Assembly (NCBI GenBank): GCA_951406725.2
Contig: OX597819.1
Span: 65,658,001-65,722,000 of the forward strand
DNA: 64,000 bases
Origin: Octopus vulgaris
Lineage: Eukaryota
Reading direction: 5' to 3'
In this document: positions 1 to 10,567 of the stretch, in pieces
Layout: every line of letters begins with the position of its first letter
How positions within the stretch are numbered: position 1 is the first letter of the stretch
Made by a program: the position numbers and the translations under genes
The notes under the pieces: model-generated
Database searches by the model: none
Seen by the model: only the letters and a program-made list of their open reading frames with translations
What the model was told of the DNA's origin: nothing

Positions 1-152
1 TTTCATTTTCCGTCTACCAAATCCACTCACAAGTCTCTGGTCGGCCTGAGGCCATAGTAGAAGACACTTGAGCAAGGTGCCACTACACAGTGGGACTGAA
101 CCCGCAACCATGTGGTTGGGAAGCAAGCTTGTTACTACACAGCCACTCCTGT
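1..152 (-). mobile_element. SINE family A (tRNA head + CORE-like domain), 5' half, cut by window edge
   Basis: Reverse complement of the family A head seen at 4416 (CAGGAGTGGCTGTGT..GGTTCAGTCCCACTG..GGATTTGGTAGACGGAAA). Confidence 0.85.
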
Positions 153-215
153 AAACACACACACACACACGTTTATACACACTAACGTAGGCAGAAACAA
201 ACAGTATATATATAT

Positions 216-320
216 AAGTCGACCTAGGCGGAATTTGAACTTAGAAAGTAAAGACGAATGGAATAACGCTAAACATTTTTTTTCTTGCCTAGTGTGCTAA
301 CTGTTCGGCCAGCTCGCCGG
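216..320 (-). mobile_element. SINE family B, 5' fragment
   Basis: Reverse complement of CGGCGAGCTGGC..GTTCAAATTCCGCC..GTCGAC, the family B head (cf. 25832, 61489). Confidence 0.75.
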
Positions 321-366
321 CTGACCGGAATAAACATGTTGAGACGTAAAATATGCTCGTTAACAT

Positions 367-420
<54 letters not shown>

Positions 421-589
421 GCACACACACACTCATAAAATCACATAACCACACAAACACACACACAAACTGACAGATAGACAAACACACATACATACTC
501 AAACAGACAGATAGACAGACACACACAGACAGACACACACACACGCGCGCGCGCGCATACAGATACACACATAAAACACTAAGATAACA

Positions 590-805
590 TCCGACTGATT
601 ACTTGATCTGTTAGAAATAGTCGTCACATCTCCCTCAAATTCCAGTGTATTGTTTTAAATGCAGTGTGGTGAGGGGTACGCATTGCACATATTAGCAATG
701 TCTAAAATGGCCCATAATGTGACGTGGTGGTTATGGTTGAAAGAATACGGTTATAGGTTTACACATCGAAGGCGTATCTGGGTGTAATCAATAGCAACAA
801 GCAAA
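590..805 (+). repeat. Old interspersed repeat (family G), degenerate
   Basis: Motif CTG(C/T)TAGAAATAGCAGCCAAATCTCCCTCAAAT recurs degenerately near 12380(-), 24950, 34720, 43330(-), 53440 and 56405. Confidence 0.45.
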
Positions 806-1156
806 ATGATTTACTCACGGTAATAGTATTAAAATCCGTTCGGAAACATACCCACTTACACATATGTACGCACATACACAAACACACACACGCATTTATA
901 TATTTATACACACGCACCACAGTTCAGTTGTTTCTTGTAAGCGTGGGTGGAACCGTAGTCGTCGCTACTTCTGTACAGAAGCTTCCATGTATTGTCTTTA
1001 TCTAATTAAAAATACAATGGTGCATCTATGCATGCATGCATACATACAGACAGACAGACAGACACACACACACATACATACATACATACATACATACATA
1101 CATACATACATACATACATACATACATAGATGTATGTAGATGCATATATGTACATA

Positions 1157-1271
1157 GGCGCAGGAGTGGCTGTGTGGTAAGTTGGTGGCTTACCAACCAC
1201 ATGGTTCCGAGTTCAGTCCCACTGCGTGGCACCTTGGGATTTGGTAGACGGAAACTGAAAGAAGCCCGTCG

Positions 1272-1306
<35 letters not shown>

Positions 1307-1467
1307 TTACGTCCCCGTAACTTAGCGGTTCGGCAAAAGAGACCGATCGAATAAGTACTAGGCTTACAAAGAATAAGTCCAGGGGTCGATTTCCTCGACT
1401 AAAGGCGGTGCTCTAGCATGGCCGCAGTCAAATGACTGAAGCATATAAAAGAGAGTAAAAAGAGAGT
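1157..1467 (+). mobile_element. SINE family A with internal deletions
   Basis: tRNA-like head with B-box-like GAGTTCAGTCCC, internal (TA)n(TG)n and 3' end CAGTCAAATGACTGAA..AAAAGAG. Lacks ~50 bp present in the copy at 4416. Confidence 0.9.
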
Positions 1468-1532
1468 ATGAATATATGTACATGCATATATTTGTTCTCG
1501 AAGTACTATGAACATAGAAATAAACGCATGCA

Positions 1533-1730
1533 GAGGCCTGGAATTTTGGGGGAGGGGGCCAGTGGATTAGATCGACCCAAATACGCAACTGGTACCTAAT
1601 TTATCGACCACGAAAGGATGAAAGGTATATTGGCCTTGGGCGGAATTTGAACTTGGTACGTAAGGACAGACGAAATACCGCTACGTACATCGCCCTGTGC
1701 GCTAACGGTTCTGCTTGGTCGCCGCCTTAA
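1533..1730 (-). mobile_element. SINE family B monomer
   Basis: Reverse complement of family B, including CTTTCATCCTTTCG..GTCGATAAATTA.GTACCAGTTGCGTA. Confidence 0.85.
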
Positions 1731-1860
1731 AGTATGCAAATATTGGCCTGTAAAACCATTTTGGATACAAACAAATCGAAAGTTAACTGTGGGACAGGAA
1801 CCCACATCTCCTTTAGATGACGTGAGAGGCATTATACTATCTATATATGCAGAGCGAGCG

Positions 1861-2221
1861 GGGTTAGTAGCTCGCATTCTTAACCACTACACCATATGCT
1901 TGTGGGCGTAGTGGTTAAGATTGCGGGCTACTAACCCAAGATTGCGAGTTCGATTCCAAGCAGTGACCTGAACAACAACAATAATAATGATAATAACAAT
2001 AATAATAATAATAATAATGATAATAATAATAACAACAACATCGAAAAATACCTTAGGACTGAGAACCCAGGTATGAAATTTCTGCAAGACACCTGATGAA
2101 GGCTGGAGTGTATATCAGCCGAAACGTCGTGTTAACAACAATTAAGATGACGACAAATATCGTCAAATGTAAATAATGTAAATAATGTATATAATTCCTC
2201 ATCTCTTAAATATAGAACTGT
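1861..2221 (+). mobile_element. Family C: tRNA-headed, hammerhead-containing repeat with inverted copy of its own head
   Basis: Inverted repeat 1861-1890/1908-1937 (28/30), A-box-like TAGTGGTTAAG, B box GAGTTCGATTCC (1946-1957), (AAT)n spacer, hammerhead and tail ending TCTTAAATATAGAACTG. Homologous to 6390, 8349, 9829 and 56579. Confidence 0.85.
2088..2133 (+). ncRNA. Minimal type I hammerhead ribozyme
   Basis: Stem I GACAC(2088-92)/GTGTT(2129-33), core CTGATGA(2093-99)+A, stem II GGCTG/CAGCC, GAAA(2121-24), then C-GTC with predicted cleavage after C2128. Near-absent stem III, as in Penelope-type minimal hammerheads. Confidence 0.8.
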
Positions 2222-2944
2222 ATAACCTGCTTTTTGTTTACAAAACAGAGCGAGCCTGAACTTACACAGGTGCATATACACACGCACACACATGTATTTA
2301 TTTTACAGAGGCATAGGCCGTGCGGTCATCTGCTTTGTTTGTTTTTTTTCAATGGAGTGCTGAACATTTTCAGACACCGCTTTACTAAGACAAATTGATA
2401 TGCGCATTGCGAAGATTCATTTATGTCTAGCAATCAACGTGATGTACGTTCGTATTTTTCGTGCATGTATGTATACATATCTCGGAGTTAGTATGCTTAT
2501 ATATGTGGATGTTTGATATTGTTATTGTTAGAGAAAAAGTGGGACTCGCTCATCGAGACATAGAGTATGAAACATTATCTGTTTTATTTGAATTTTCTTT
2601 TATCCTCGAGACACGATTTTCTCACCAGACATTTCTCGCCTGAAGATCGCCATAGCATGAAACTAGATGCGCAGGGAAAATTATATCCAATTTATATATA
2701 TGTTTATGAATGCGTGCGTAGAGGTGCGAATGTGCGTTTGTATGTATTTGTGCGCATTAGTGTGTGTGCGTGTTTATTTGTGCTTCCCTATCTCTTCCTT
2801 TCCTCTCTCTCTCCATCCACTGTTATGCCGAGTATGTAATAAATAATTTGCTTCTAAAATATATTTTTGGTGAAACATTCGAGGTTGAAAGTTCAAGACT
2901 GTTTTCCCTTTGAATTTTGACCTAATACAGCATTTATCATAAGG

Positions 2945-3004
<60 letters not shown>

Positions 3005-3005
<1 letters not shown>

Positions 3006-3216
3006 GACGGTGAGCTGGCAGAAAGATAAGTGCGCAGGGCGAAATGCTTAGCAGTATTTCGTCTGCTTTTACATTCGAGTTCAAATTCCGCCGAGGTTGA
3101 CTTTTACATTCATCCTTTCCAGGTCGGTAAAATAAGTACCAGATGCGTACTGGAGTTGACCTAATGGACTGGCTGCCACCCCAAAAACTTCGGGCCTTGT
3201 GCCTAGAGTAGAAAAG

Positions 3217-3217
<1 letters not shown>
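3005..3217 (+). mobile_element. SINE family B monomer between (ATT)n and (ACT)n
   Basis: Head GGTGAGCTGGCAGAA, B box GAGTTCAAATTC, TTCATCCTTTCCAGGTCGGTAAAATAAGTACCAG (resembles the MetaSINE central domain, from memory) and tail GTGCCTAGAGTAGAAAAGA. Confidence 0.9.
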
Positions 3218-3281
<64 letters not shown>

Positions 3282-3475
3282 TATTATTATTATTACATTT
3301 TCCATTAATTTTGAGGGTTTCTGTTAGTTTCTGCTACGCATCCAGTTGTAATCCCATTGTGTTACTCGTGGTATACATCGTCCGAAGTTGAACGATGAAT
3401 TTCGTTATCGACAAAATAACCTCAGCAAAAAACGATTTTAGCGCAAACAAAATTTGAAAATCACCTTCACAGCTG

Positions 3476-3540
<65 letters not shown>

Positions 3541-3541
3541 G

Positions 3542-3614
<73 letters not shown>

Positions 3615-3950
3615 AGCTGCTGCTGCTGCTACTAATTGTTGGTGTTGATATTACTACTACTACTACATCTAATGAGGATGATAGCATTGATGTTGTTGTT
3701 GCTACTGCTGGCAGTGTTGTTGTTGTTGCTGTTGTTGTTGGTGGTGATGGTGGTGGTGTAGGGGTATGTCGGAGATGTAGTGGTGGTGGTAGCGATGTAA
3801 TTGAAGGTATCACTACTGTTGCTGCTGGTGGTGGTGCTGCTGCTGCAGCAGGTCATACTACTGCAACTGTTACTACTGATTATGCATCGACTGCAACATG
3901 AAGAACAGAAGCGGCAGCAGCAGCAGCGGTAGCAGTTGTAGCAGTAGAAT
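3218..3950. repeat. Compound trinucleotide microsatellites (ACT)n, (GCT)n, (GTT)n, (GGT)n
   Basis: Directly visible; long (ACT)n at 3218-3280 and 3477-3613. Confidence 0.95.
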
Positions 3951-4088
3951 TCGGTAAATATAAACAATAACGAAAGCATCTCAACGCTTGCATGCGTATA
4001 TTGATGTATGTATATTGTTCCCTATGTTTGGGAATATATATATATATGTATGTGTGTATGTGTATGTATGAGTGTTTGTGTGTGTGTG

Positions 4089-4385
4089 TGGAGGCGCAAT
4101 GGCCCAGTGGTTAGTGCAGCGGACTCGCAGGCGGAGAATCGCGGTTTTGATTCCCAGACCGGGCGTTGTATGTGTTTATTGAGCGAAAACACCTAAATCT
4201 CCACGAGGCTCTGGCATGGCGTGGTGGCGGCCCATGTTGTACTCTATCACCCCAACTTTTTCTCACTCTCTCTTCCTGTTTCTTGAGTAACACTGCGATG
4301 GACAGGTGTCCCGTCCAGCTGGGGGGGGGGGGGAACACATACGCCACAGAAACCAGGAAACTGGCTAAGTTTGAAAAGGGCGCAT
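4089..4385 (+). mobile_element. SINE: E-type tRNA head + F-type tail
   Basis: Head GGAGGCGCAATGGCCCAGTGGTTAG matches 13967 and 38382(-). Tail GAGTAACACTGCGATGGAC..TGAAAAGGGCGCAT matches 5302-5410(-). Confidence 0.85.
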
Positions 4386-4415
4386 GATATATATTCATAT
4401 ATATATATATATATA

Positions 4416-4580
4416 GGTGCTGGAGTGACTGTGTGGTAAGTAGCTTGCTTAAGAATCATATGGTTCCGGGTTCATTCCCACTGCGTGGCACCTTGGGCAA
4501 GTGTCTTCTACTATAGCCTCGGGCCGACCAAAGCCTTGCGAGTGGATTTGGTAGACGGAAACTGAAAGAAGCCCGTCGTA

Positions 4581-4640
<60 letters not shown>

Positions 4641-4890
4641 CGTGTGTGTGTGTGTGTATGTATGTATGTGTGTGTATAGGTTTGTGTCTCTGTATTTGTC
4701 ACCCTCCCAACATCGCTTGACAACCGATACTGGTGTGTTTACGCCCCCGTAACCTAGCGGTTCGGCAAAAGAGACCAATGAATAAGTACTAGGCTTACAA
4801 AGAATACGTTCTGGGGCCGATTTGCTCGAATAAAGGCAGTGCTCCAGCATGGCCACAGTCAAATGACTGAAACAAGTAAAAGAGTAAAAG
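4416..4890 (+). mobile_element. SINE family A, full length
   Basis: tRNA-like head, CORE-like ACCTTGGGCAAGTGTCTT, ~100-bp internal (TA)/(TG) tract and 3' end GTAAAAGAGTAAAAG. Confidence 0.92.
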
Positions 4891-5082
4891 CGTATATATA
4901 TGCTCTGTGAATAATAATAATATTTTATAAGCTTTAAGATAAGCGGTCACCGTATAATGACAAAAGAAAATAGTCAATCGTTTATAAGCATTAAGCTTAT
5001 AATATGTGATTATTGCTACTTACAGAATTGTAGAAGTTGCCACATACATGTATGTATGGATGGATGCATGTATGTATGCATG

Positions 5083-5245
5083 TGGGGTGCTGAAAAGTTC
5101 CTGGCTTTAAGTATATCGCAAAAAGCCTGGGTGGATGGCCAAACTTCCGAGTTATTTTATTTGGTTGAGAAGAACGGAAGGGCCGTTGCAATAATGAGTG
5201 AATCTTAGAGGAGAATATGTTGAATGAAATCGTGACTAACTGATC
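5083..5245 (+). mobile_element. Mariner-derived non-autonomous fragment
   Basis: Begins GGGGTGCTGAAAAGTTCCTGGCTT (mariner TIR-like) and encodes VNLRGEYVE*, typical of a mariner transposase C-terminus. Confidence 0.5.
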
Positions 5246-5301
5246 GCCCTGTTTTTTCTTCTATCGAAAGTGAGGATAGATAGATAAATAGATAATAAAT
5301 A

Positions 5302-5551
5302 AATGCACCCTTTTCAAGCCTAGCCAGGCTCATGGGCCCGGTTTCCCGGTTTCTATGGCGTATGTTTTCCCCAGCTGGACGGGACACTAGTCCATCGCAG
5401 CGTTACTCATTTTTGCCAGCTGAGTGGTCTGGAGCAACGTGAAATGAAGTGTTTTGCTCAAGAACACAACGCGTCGCCCGGTCCAGGAATCGAAACCACA
5501 ATCTTACGATCATGGTGCTGATACCTTAACCACCTAGCCATGCGCCTCCAC
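5302..5551 (-). mobile_element. SINE family F (tRNA head, CORE-like domain, F tail)
   Basis: Minus strand reads GGAGGCGCATGGCTAGGTGGTTAAG..GTTTCGATTCC..GTGTTCTTGAGCAAAACACTT..CTGCGATGGACTAGTGTCCCGTCCAG..GAAAAGGGTGCATTTATT. Confidence 0.85.
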
Positions 5552-5554
5552 ATG

Positions 5555-5619
<65 letters not shown>

Positions 5620-6389
5620 ATGCATGCATGTACGTATTCATGTAAGTATGTATGTGTGGATGGATGGATGGATGGATGGATGGATGGATGGATGGATGGA
5701 TGGATGGATGGATGGAGGGAGGGATGGAAGGATAATTTCATATGCGGTGAAAATATGCAATCTGAAATTCAGACGGGTGCTTAATTATTCGCACTAACAC
5801 ACGGACACGCGTAGAGCCACAAACACAGTTAAATAGTCTTACACACGGACGTGCATTTACGCACAAACGATGAAAAGATTACATGTTAAGGAACTAATGC
5901 AGCAGCAGCTATTAATAATAACTTCCGCCATTACTACTAATAATAATACTAATACTACTACTACTACTACTATAACGGTAGCAGCAGCTGCGGCGCCGTC
6001 ATCACATGACAAAACCTTTCTGTAACTGGAACAACAGCTGATCTTCCCCCACCCCCGCCAATTACACACTTTCGATCTTTTGTACCCTAGCTTTTGACCA
6101 ATCGCAAGGGCATTTGCAATTCTTTTATATTATTTTATTATATTGTTTTATTTATTTATTTATTTATTTATTTATTGCATTTACCCCATCAGACCGTGTA
6201 CCCAGAGATCGGTCCGATATATGCATGAAGATCTCTTTCAATCAATGGAAACACACCCATTTACTCAGTGTCCTACTCCAAAGAAAAGCCAAAATAGCAA
6301 CACAGCAAATAACATACGAGTGAATTTCTCCATGGCCCTTCGTCGTCTTGATATTCTTTCGTTTGTTTTTGGTAACCACTAACTGGGTT

Positions 6390-6507
6390 CAGTTCTATAT
6401 TTAAGAGATGAGGAATTATGTACTTTATTTACATTTGGCGGATATTTGTCCTCATCTTGCTTGTTGTTAAAATATCCGTCAAATGTAAATAGTGTAAATA
6501 ATGTACT
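6390..6507. mobile_element. Family C, tails only (minus tail fused to plus tail)
   Basis: 6390-6470 is the reverse complement of the family C tail. 6469-6507 is the plus-strand tail segment AAATATCCGTCAAATGTAAAT. Confidence 0.8.
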
Positions 6508-6631
6508 AACGGGGTTGTTTTTCAAGAACCAGACCTAGCGATATCTGATTCGTACAAACTACGGCCAGGGCAACGTTATAGTGTTTGTTTAAGGCGACCA
6601 GGTAGCGCATCGAATTTCTGTAAGAAATACA

Positions 6632-6742
6632 TTAAGGGTGCGCATTTCTGCGGAGTGGTCTGCCACTTGCACGTTAATTTCACGAGCAGGCTTCTCCGTT
6701 GATCACAATTGGAACGCTCGTCGTCGTAACCGACGGAGTACC
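6632..6742 (+). mobile_element. E-type SINE tail fragment
   Basis: GCCACTTGCACGTTAATTTCACGAGCAGG..CTCGTCGTCGTAACCGACGGAGT, as at 9660-9740. Confidence 0.8.
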
Positions 6743-7227
6743 CGTTTAGTTATGTATATACATATCTTTCAACTTGTTAAAGCCAGACCATCCTATATCA
6801 ATTTTGTTTTTTTATTACACTTGACAATGATAACAACTGGCACTTCAAGCTCTCTTTCAACGATCCGGAACTAATGGTAATCCCACGAAAACCCATCCAG
6901 CTCAATTTTAAGCATATCTATATAAATATGGGAGCGTACGTGTTGACAGATCAGTGCGATGGCTGCATGACTGACTTCGTATAAATTCTGACGTTCTAAC
7001 ACATGATTATATATGCGTGCGCATATGTAGCGCATATGTGTAATCACAGATATAAAAGGCTCTAAGTACGTGAGCACACAGATGCAATCTGGGTAGAAGA
7101 AACTGTATCTGCCTTCAGACACACCTTTTTATATACTCACTATTTCTCAGAATAAAGTAGATTGAATTGCTCTAAATTTCTGCCAAAACTTTGAAATCTG
7201 AAGTACAATTAACGCTCGTTACTTTAG

Positions 7228-7325
7228 ATATATACATATATATATGTGCGTGCGTGTGTATGTATGTATATATATATATATATATATATATCTATATATC
7301 TATATATATGTATATATCTATATAC

Positions 7326-7375
<50 letters not shown>

Positions 7376-7470
7376 ATGTATATATATATATATATATATA
7401 TATAAAGATATATGTATGTATGTTTATATGCTCATACACCCACATATGTATATATATGTGTGTGTGTGTG
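7228..7470. repeat. Compound (TA)n/(TG)n/(TATG)n microsatellite
   Basis: Directly visible. Confidence 0.9.
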
Positions 7471-8348
7471 TTTATTTTTTTAATAGTCAAGTGCACATAT
7501 AACGCTATCAGTTGTTACATATGAATATATTTGCAACTATTCATCCACCACTTCCTTGTTCACCATTAATATTTTAGTTCGTTACCAACACTTTACGCAC
7601 GCGCGCACACACACAAGTATATAAATTTACTTATATGTGTGTGTGAGCGTGAGTGCATGCGTGTGTATATATATATATGTATATATCTATATATAATATC
7701 ATTTAATGTGCACAATATACAGTTAAGATTTAGTAATAGTTTCATGCATTGGAGATGTACTCTAGGCAAGTTTTAATAACACTCCTTCTGTAACCAAGCA
7801 ATTTCCAGGCTCTGAGTACATCTCCTATACAGTATATTGTAAAAAATATTTACCTCTCACTGGATGGAGTACTTCTTTTCTCGATCTTACTTTAACAGAA
7901 AAGTTAGCTATATTTGTGGTTATACACACACATGTGTGTGTGTGTGTGTGTGTGTTAACGCATATACATATATTAACATGTGTATACGTGTGTCCATATA
8001 CGGTTTCACATAATGGTGCTGTCGTTACGGTTTAGTTTCTTCCTTATCCTAATCGATCAGAGCCATGAGGGAAGTTATAACAGCCTTTACTTTCAACGAT
8101 TTTGTTAATGCTTAGCGAGAAATTATATTTCAGGCTTCTGGATGTATTAATATGTAGCTAAAAGCAACCTTTAAATCTATTCAAATGTCATTTGGTCGAA
8201 ACCTTCAACTTACTTAATTTTTTAAAAGAAATAGTGTCTGAGGCTTTTAAAATTTAATGTTCTATCTTTAATCATTCTATTTCGCCGGAGCATTGTAGAT
8301 TTCATTCACGTCGTCACTGTAAGACTTGTTTTAGAAAAATATTAAAGA

Positions 8349-8512
8349 TCTATATTTAGAGGAAGAGGAATTATGTACATTATTTACATTTGACGGTTAG
8401 TTCTCCTCATCTTGTTTGTTGTTAATGCAACGTTTCGGCTGATATACCCAACAGCCTTCATCAGGTGTCTTGGGGAAATTTCGACCCTAGTTTCTCATTC
8501 CTAAGGTATTCT
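8349..8512 (-). mobile_element. Family C 3' part with hammerhead (8424-8469)
   Basis: Minus strand reads GACAC CTGATGA A GGCTG ttgggtatat CAGCC GAAA CGTT gcatt. Core and stem II are intact; the stem I 3' arm is mutated. Confidence 0.8.
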
Positions 8513-9384
8513 TGATTGGCAAATGATAAAACAAATCTTACCAAATATGGAAAAACGCGACAGCTTTTATACTAGGTATCGCTACTTTGAAATATCTTTT
8601 AACTCATTCGCAGTTAGTGATTTGTTTCCCTGCGCCACTATTAGACATCACACGCACGTAGTTGTCAACATGTTAGTTTCTTTATTTTGGCAAATATACA
8701 TTTAGTTTTCATATACACACATATTTTTATCTTTTGTAGATTACATAAAGATTTCATAATTCGCGAGGATGTATATAATGAAATTGCAGTCTTTTTGTCA
8801 TACGTAGCCTAAATGCTCACAAGCCGAATAAGTTTAGAAAACGACAATATTCATGAAATAGTTTTAAGAATTACAGCTGATAAGAAGAGTTAGATTTCTA
8901 GATATTGCATTAAATTTAGATACAAATTCTTCCCTCACTGAAACTTAATGAACATATTAATACGAATAAAGGTTCGAGCATTCTGCAATAACTGATGTAA
9001 TTTAGTTCCCAATACTGATAAGGATACATTCATTTATGCTTCACAACATTACAGTGAAGCACTTTCTATAACTGATACTACAGATAAAAAGCAATCCACT
9101 ACCTGTAATAATGTTACCCAGCTTAAAATGTAGAATAAGAAATACTTTACGGTTTAATACTCTTTCTAGTTTAACATACTGTACATATATTATCAGAAAC
9201 TTCTTACACTTAATTCCATTCCATTTTTAGGTAAATCAGAGATACCGCAAAGTATTTAATAGAAGCATGCTAAATGTAAGTTATTCCCGTACGAAGTTTG
9301 CTAATCCCATTAACTATTTTACTTCCAGACTATAATAAATAAGAATAACTTAGCGTCTTCTTCTAATTGTAATTACATCATAGA

Positions 9385-9748
9385 GTGGATGCGCAATATC
9401 CCAGTGCAGATTCGCGGTCGTAGGGTCGTGGGTTCGATTCTCAGACCGGGCGTTGTAAGGAAAACACCTAAAGCTCCATGGGGCTCCGGCAGGAGGTGGT
9501 GGCGAACCCTGCCATACCCTTTCACCACAATTTTATCTCACTCTTTCTTCTTGTTTCTGTTGTACCTGTATTTCAAAGGGCCAGCCTTGTCACACTCTGT
9601 ATCACGCTGAATCTCCCCGAGAGCTACGTTGAGGGTACACGTGTCTGTGGAGTGCTCAGCCACTTGCACGTTAATTTCCCGAGCAGGATGTTCCGTTGAT
9701 CGGATCAACTTGAATCCTCGTCGTCGTAACCGATGGAGTGCCACGATG
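9385..9748 (+). mobile_element. SINE family E (E head + E tail) with 10-bp TSD
   Basis: B box GGTTCGATTC and flanking direct repeat ACATCATAGA at 9375-9384 and 9749-9758. Confidence 0.92.
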
Positions 9749-9828
9749 ACATCATAGAAAGAAATAACTCTAATTTCTTTCGGCTTAGTTCAAGCGTACA
9801 TTAGTTCTAATATTCATATCAGTTTAAT

Positions 9829-10112
9829 ACAGTTATATATTTGAGAGATGAGGAATTACGTACATTATTTACATTATTTACATTTGACGGATATTTGTCC
9901 TCATCTTGTTTGTTGCTAACACAACTTTTCGACTGATTTACTCTCCAGCTTTCATCAGGTGTCTTGCGGGAATTTCGAACCTGGCTACTCATTCCTGAGG
10001 TAGTTTTCCAATGTTGTTGTTGTTATTATCTATAAGCCCTAAAATACACATAATTGCCCACGGGCATATCGCATATTGGTTAAGAGAGCAGGCCATTAAC
10101 CCCAAGATTCTG
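9829..10112 (-). mobile_element. Family C: minus arm with degenerate hammerhead plus start of the opposite head
   Basis: Minus arm 9829-10030 carries CTGATGA A AGCTG..CAGTC GAAA AGTT GTGTT. It is followed by TGCCCACGGGCATAT and a plus-strand head TGGTTAAGAGAGCAGGCCATTAACCCCAAGATTC. Confidence 0.8.
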
Positions 10113-10168
10113 AATAATAATAATAATAATAATAATGACGATGATAGTAATAACGTATAGATCCTCAA

Positions 10169-10567
10169 AGTGGGCGTGTGGTAAGTAGCTTGCTTACCAA
10201 CCACATGGTTCCGGGTTCAGCCCCACTGCGTGGAACGTTGGGCAAGTGTCTTCTACTATAGCCTCGGGCCGACCAAAGCCTTGTGATTGGATTTGATAGT
10301 CGGAAACTGAAAGAAACCTGTCGTATATTTGTACATGTATATATGTGTGTGTGTGTGTTTGTGGATCTGTCTTTGGCTCCCCCACCATCGCTTGACAACC
10401 AATGCTGGTGTGTTTACGTCCATGTAACTTAGCGATTCTGCAAAAGAGACCGATAGAATAAGTACTGGGCTTACAAAGAATAAGTCTTGGGTTGATTTGC
10501 TCGACTAAAGGCGGTGCTCCAGCATGGCTGCAGTCAAATGACTGAAACAAGTAAAAGAGTAAAAGAG
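10169..10567 (+). mobile_element. SINE family A, near full length
   Basis: Colinear with 4416-4890. Confidence 0.92.

Noticed and set aside
1904-1965. tRNA gene call for the family C head (also the A, B, E and F heads)
   Set aside because: A/B boxes are present but I could not build a complete cloverleaf; each head continues into a repeat body.
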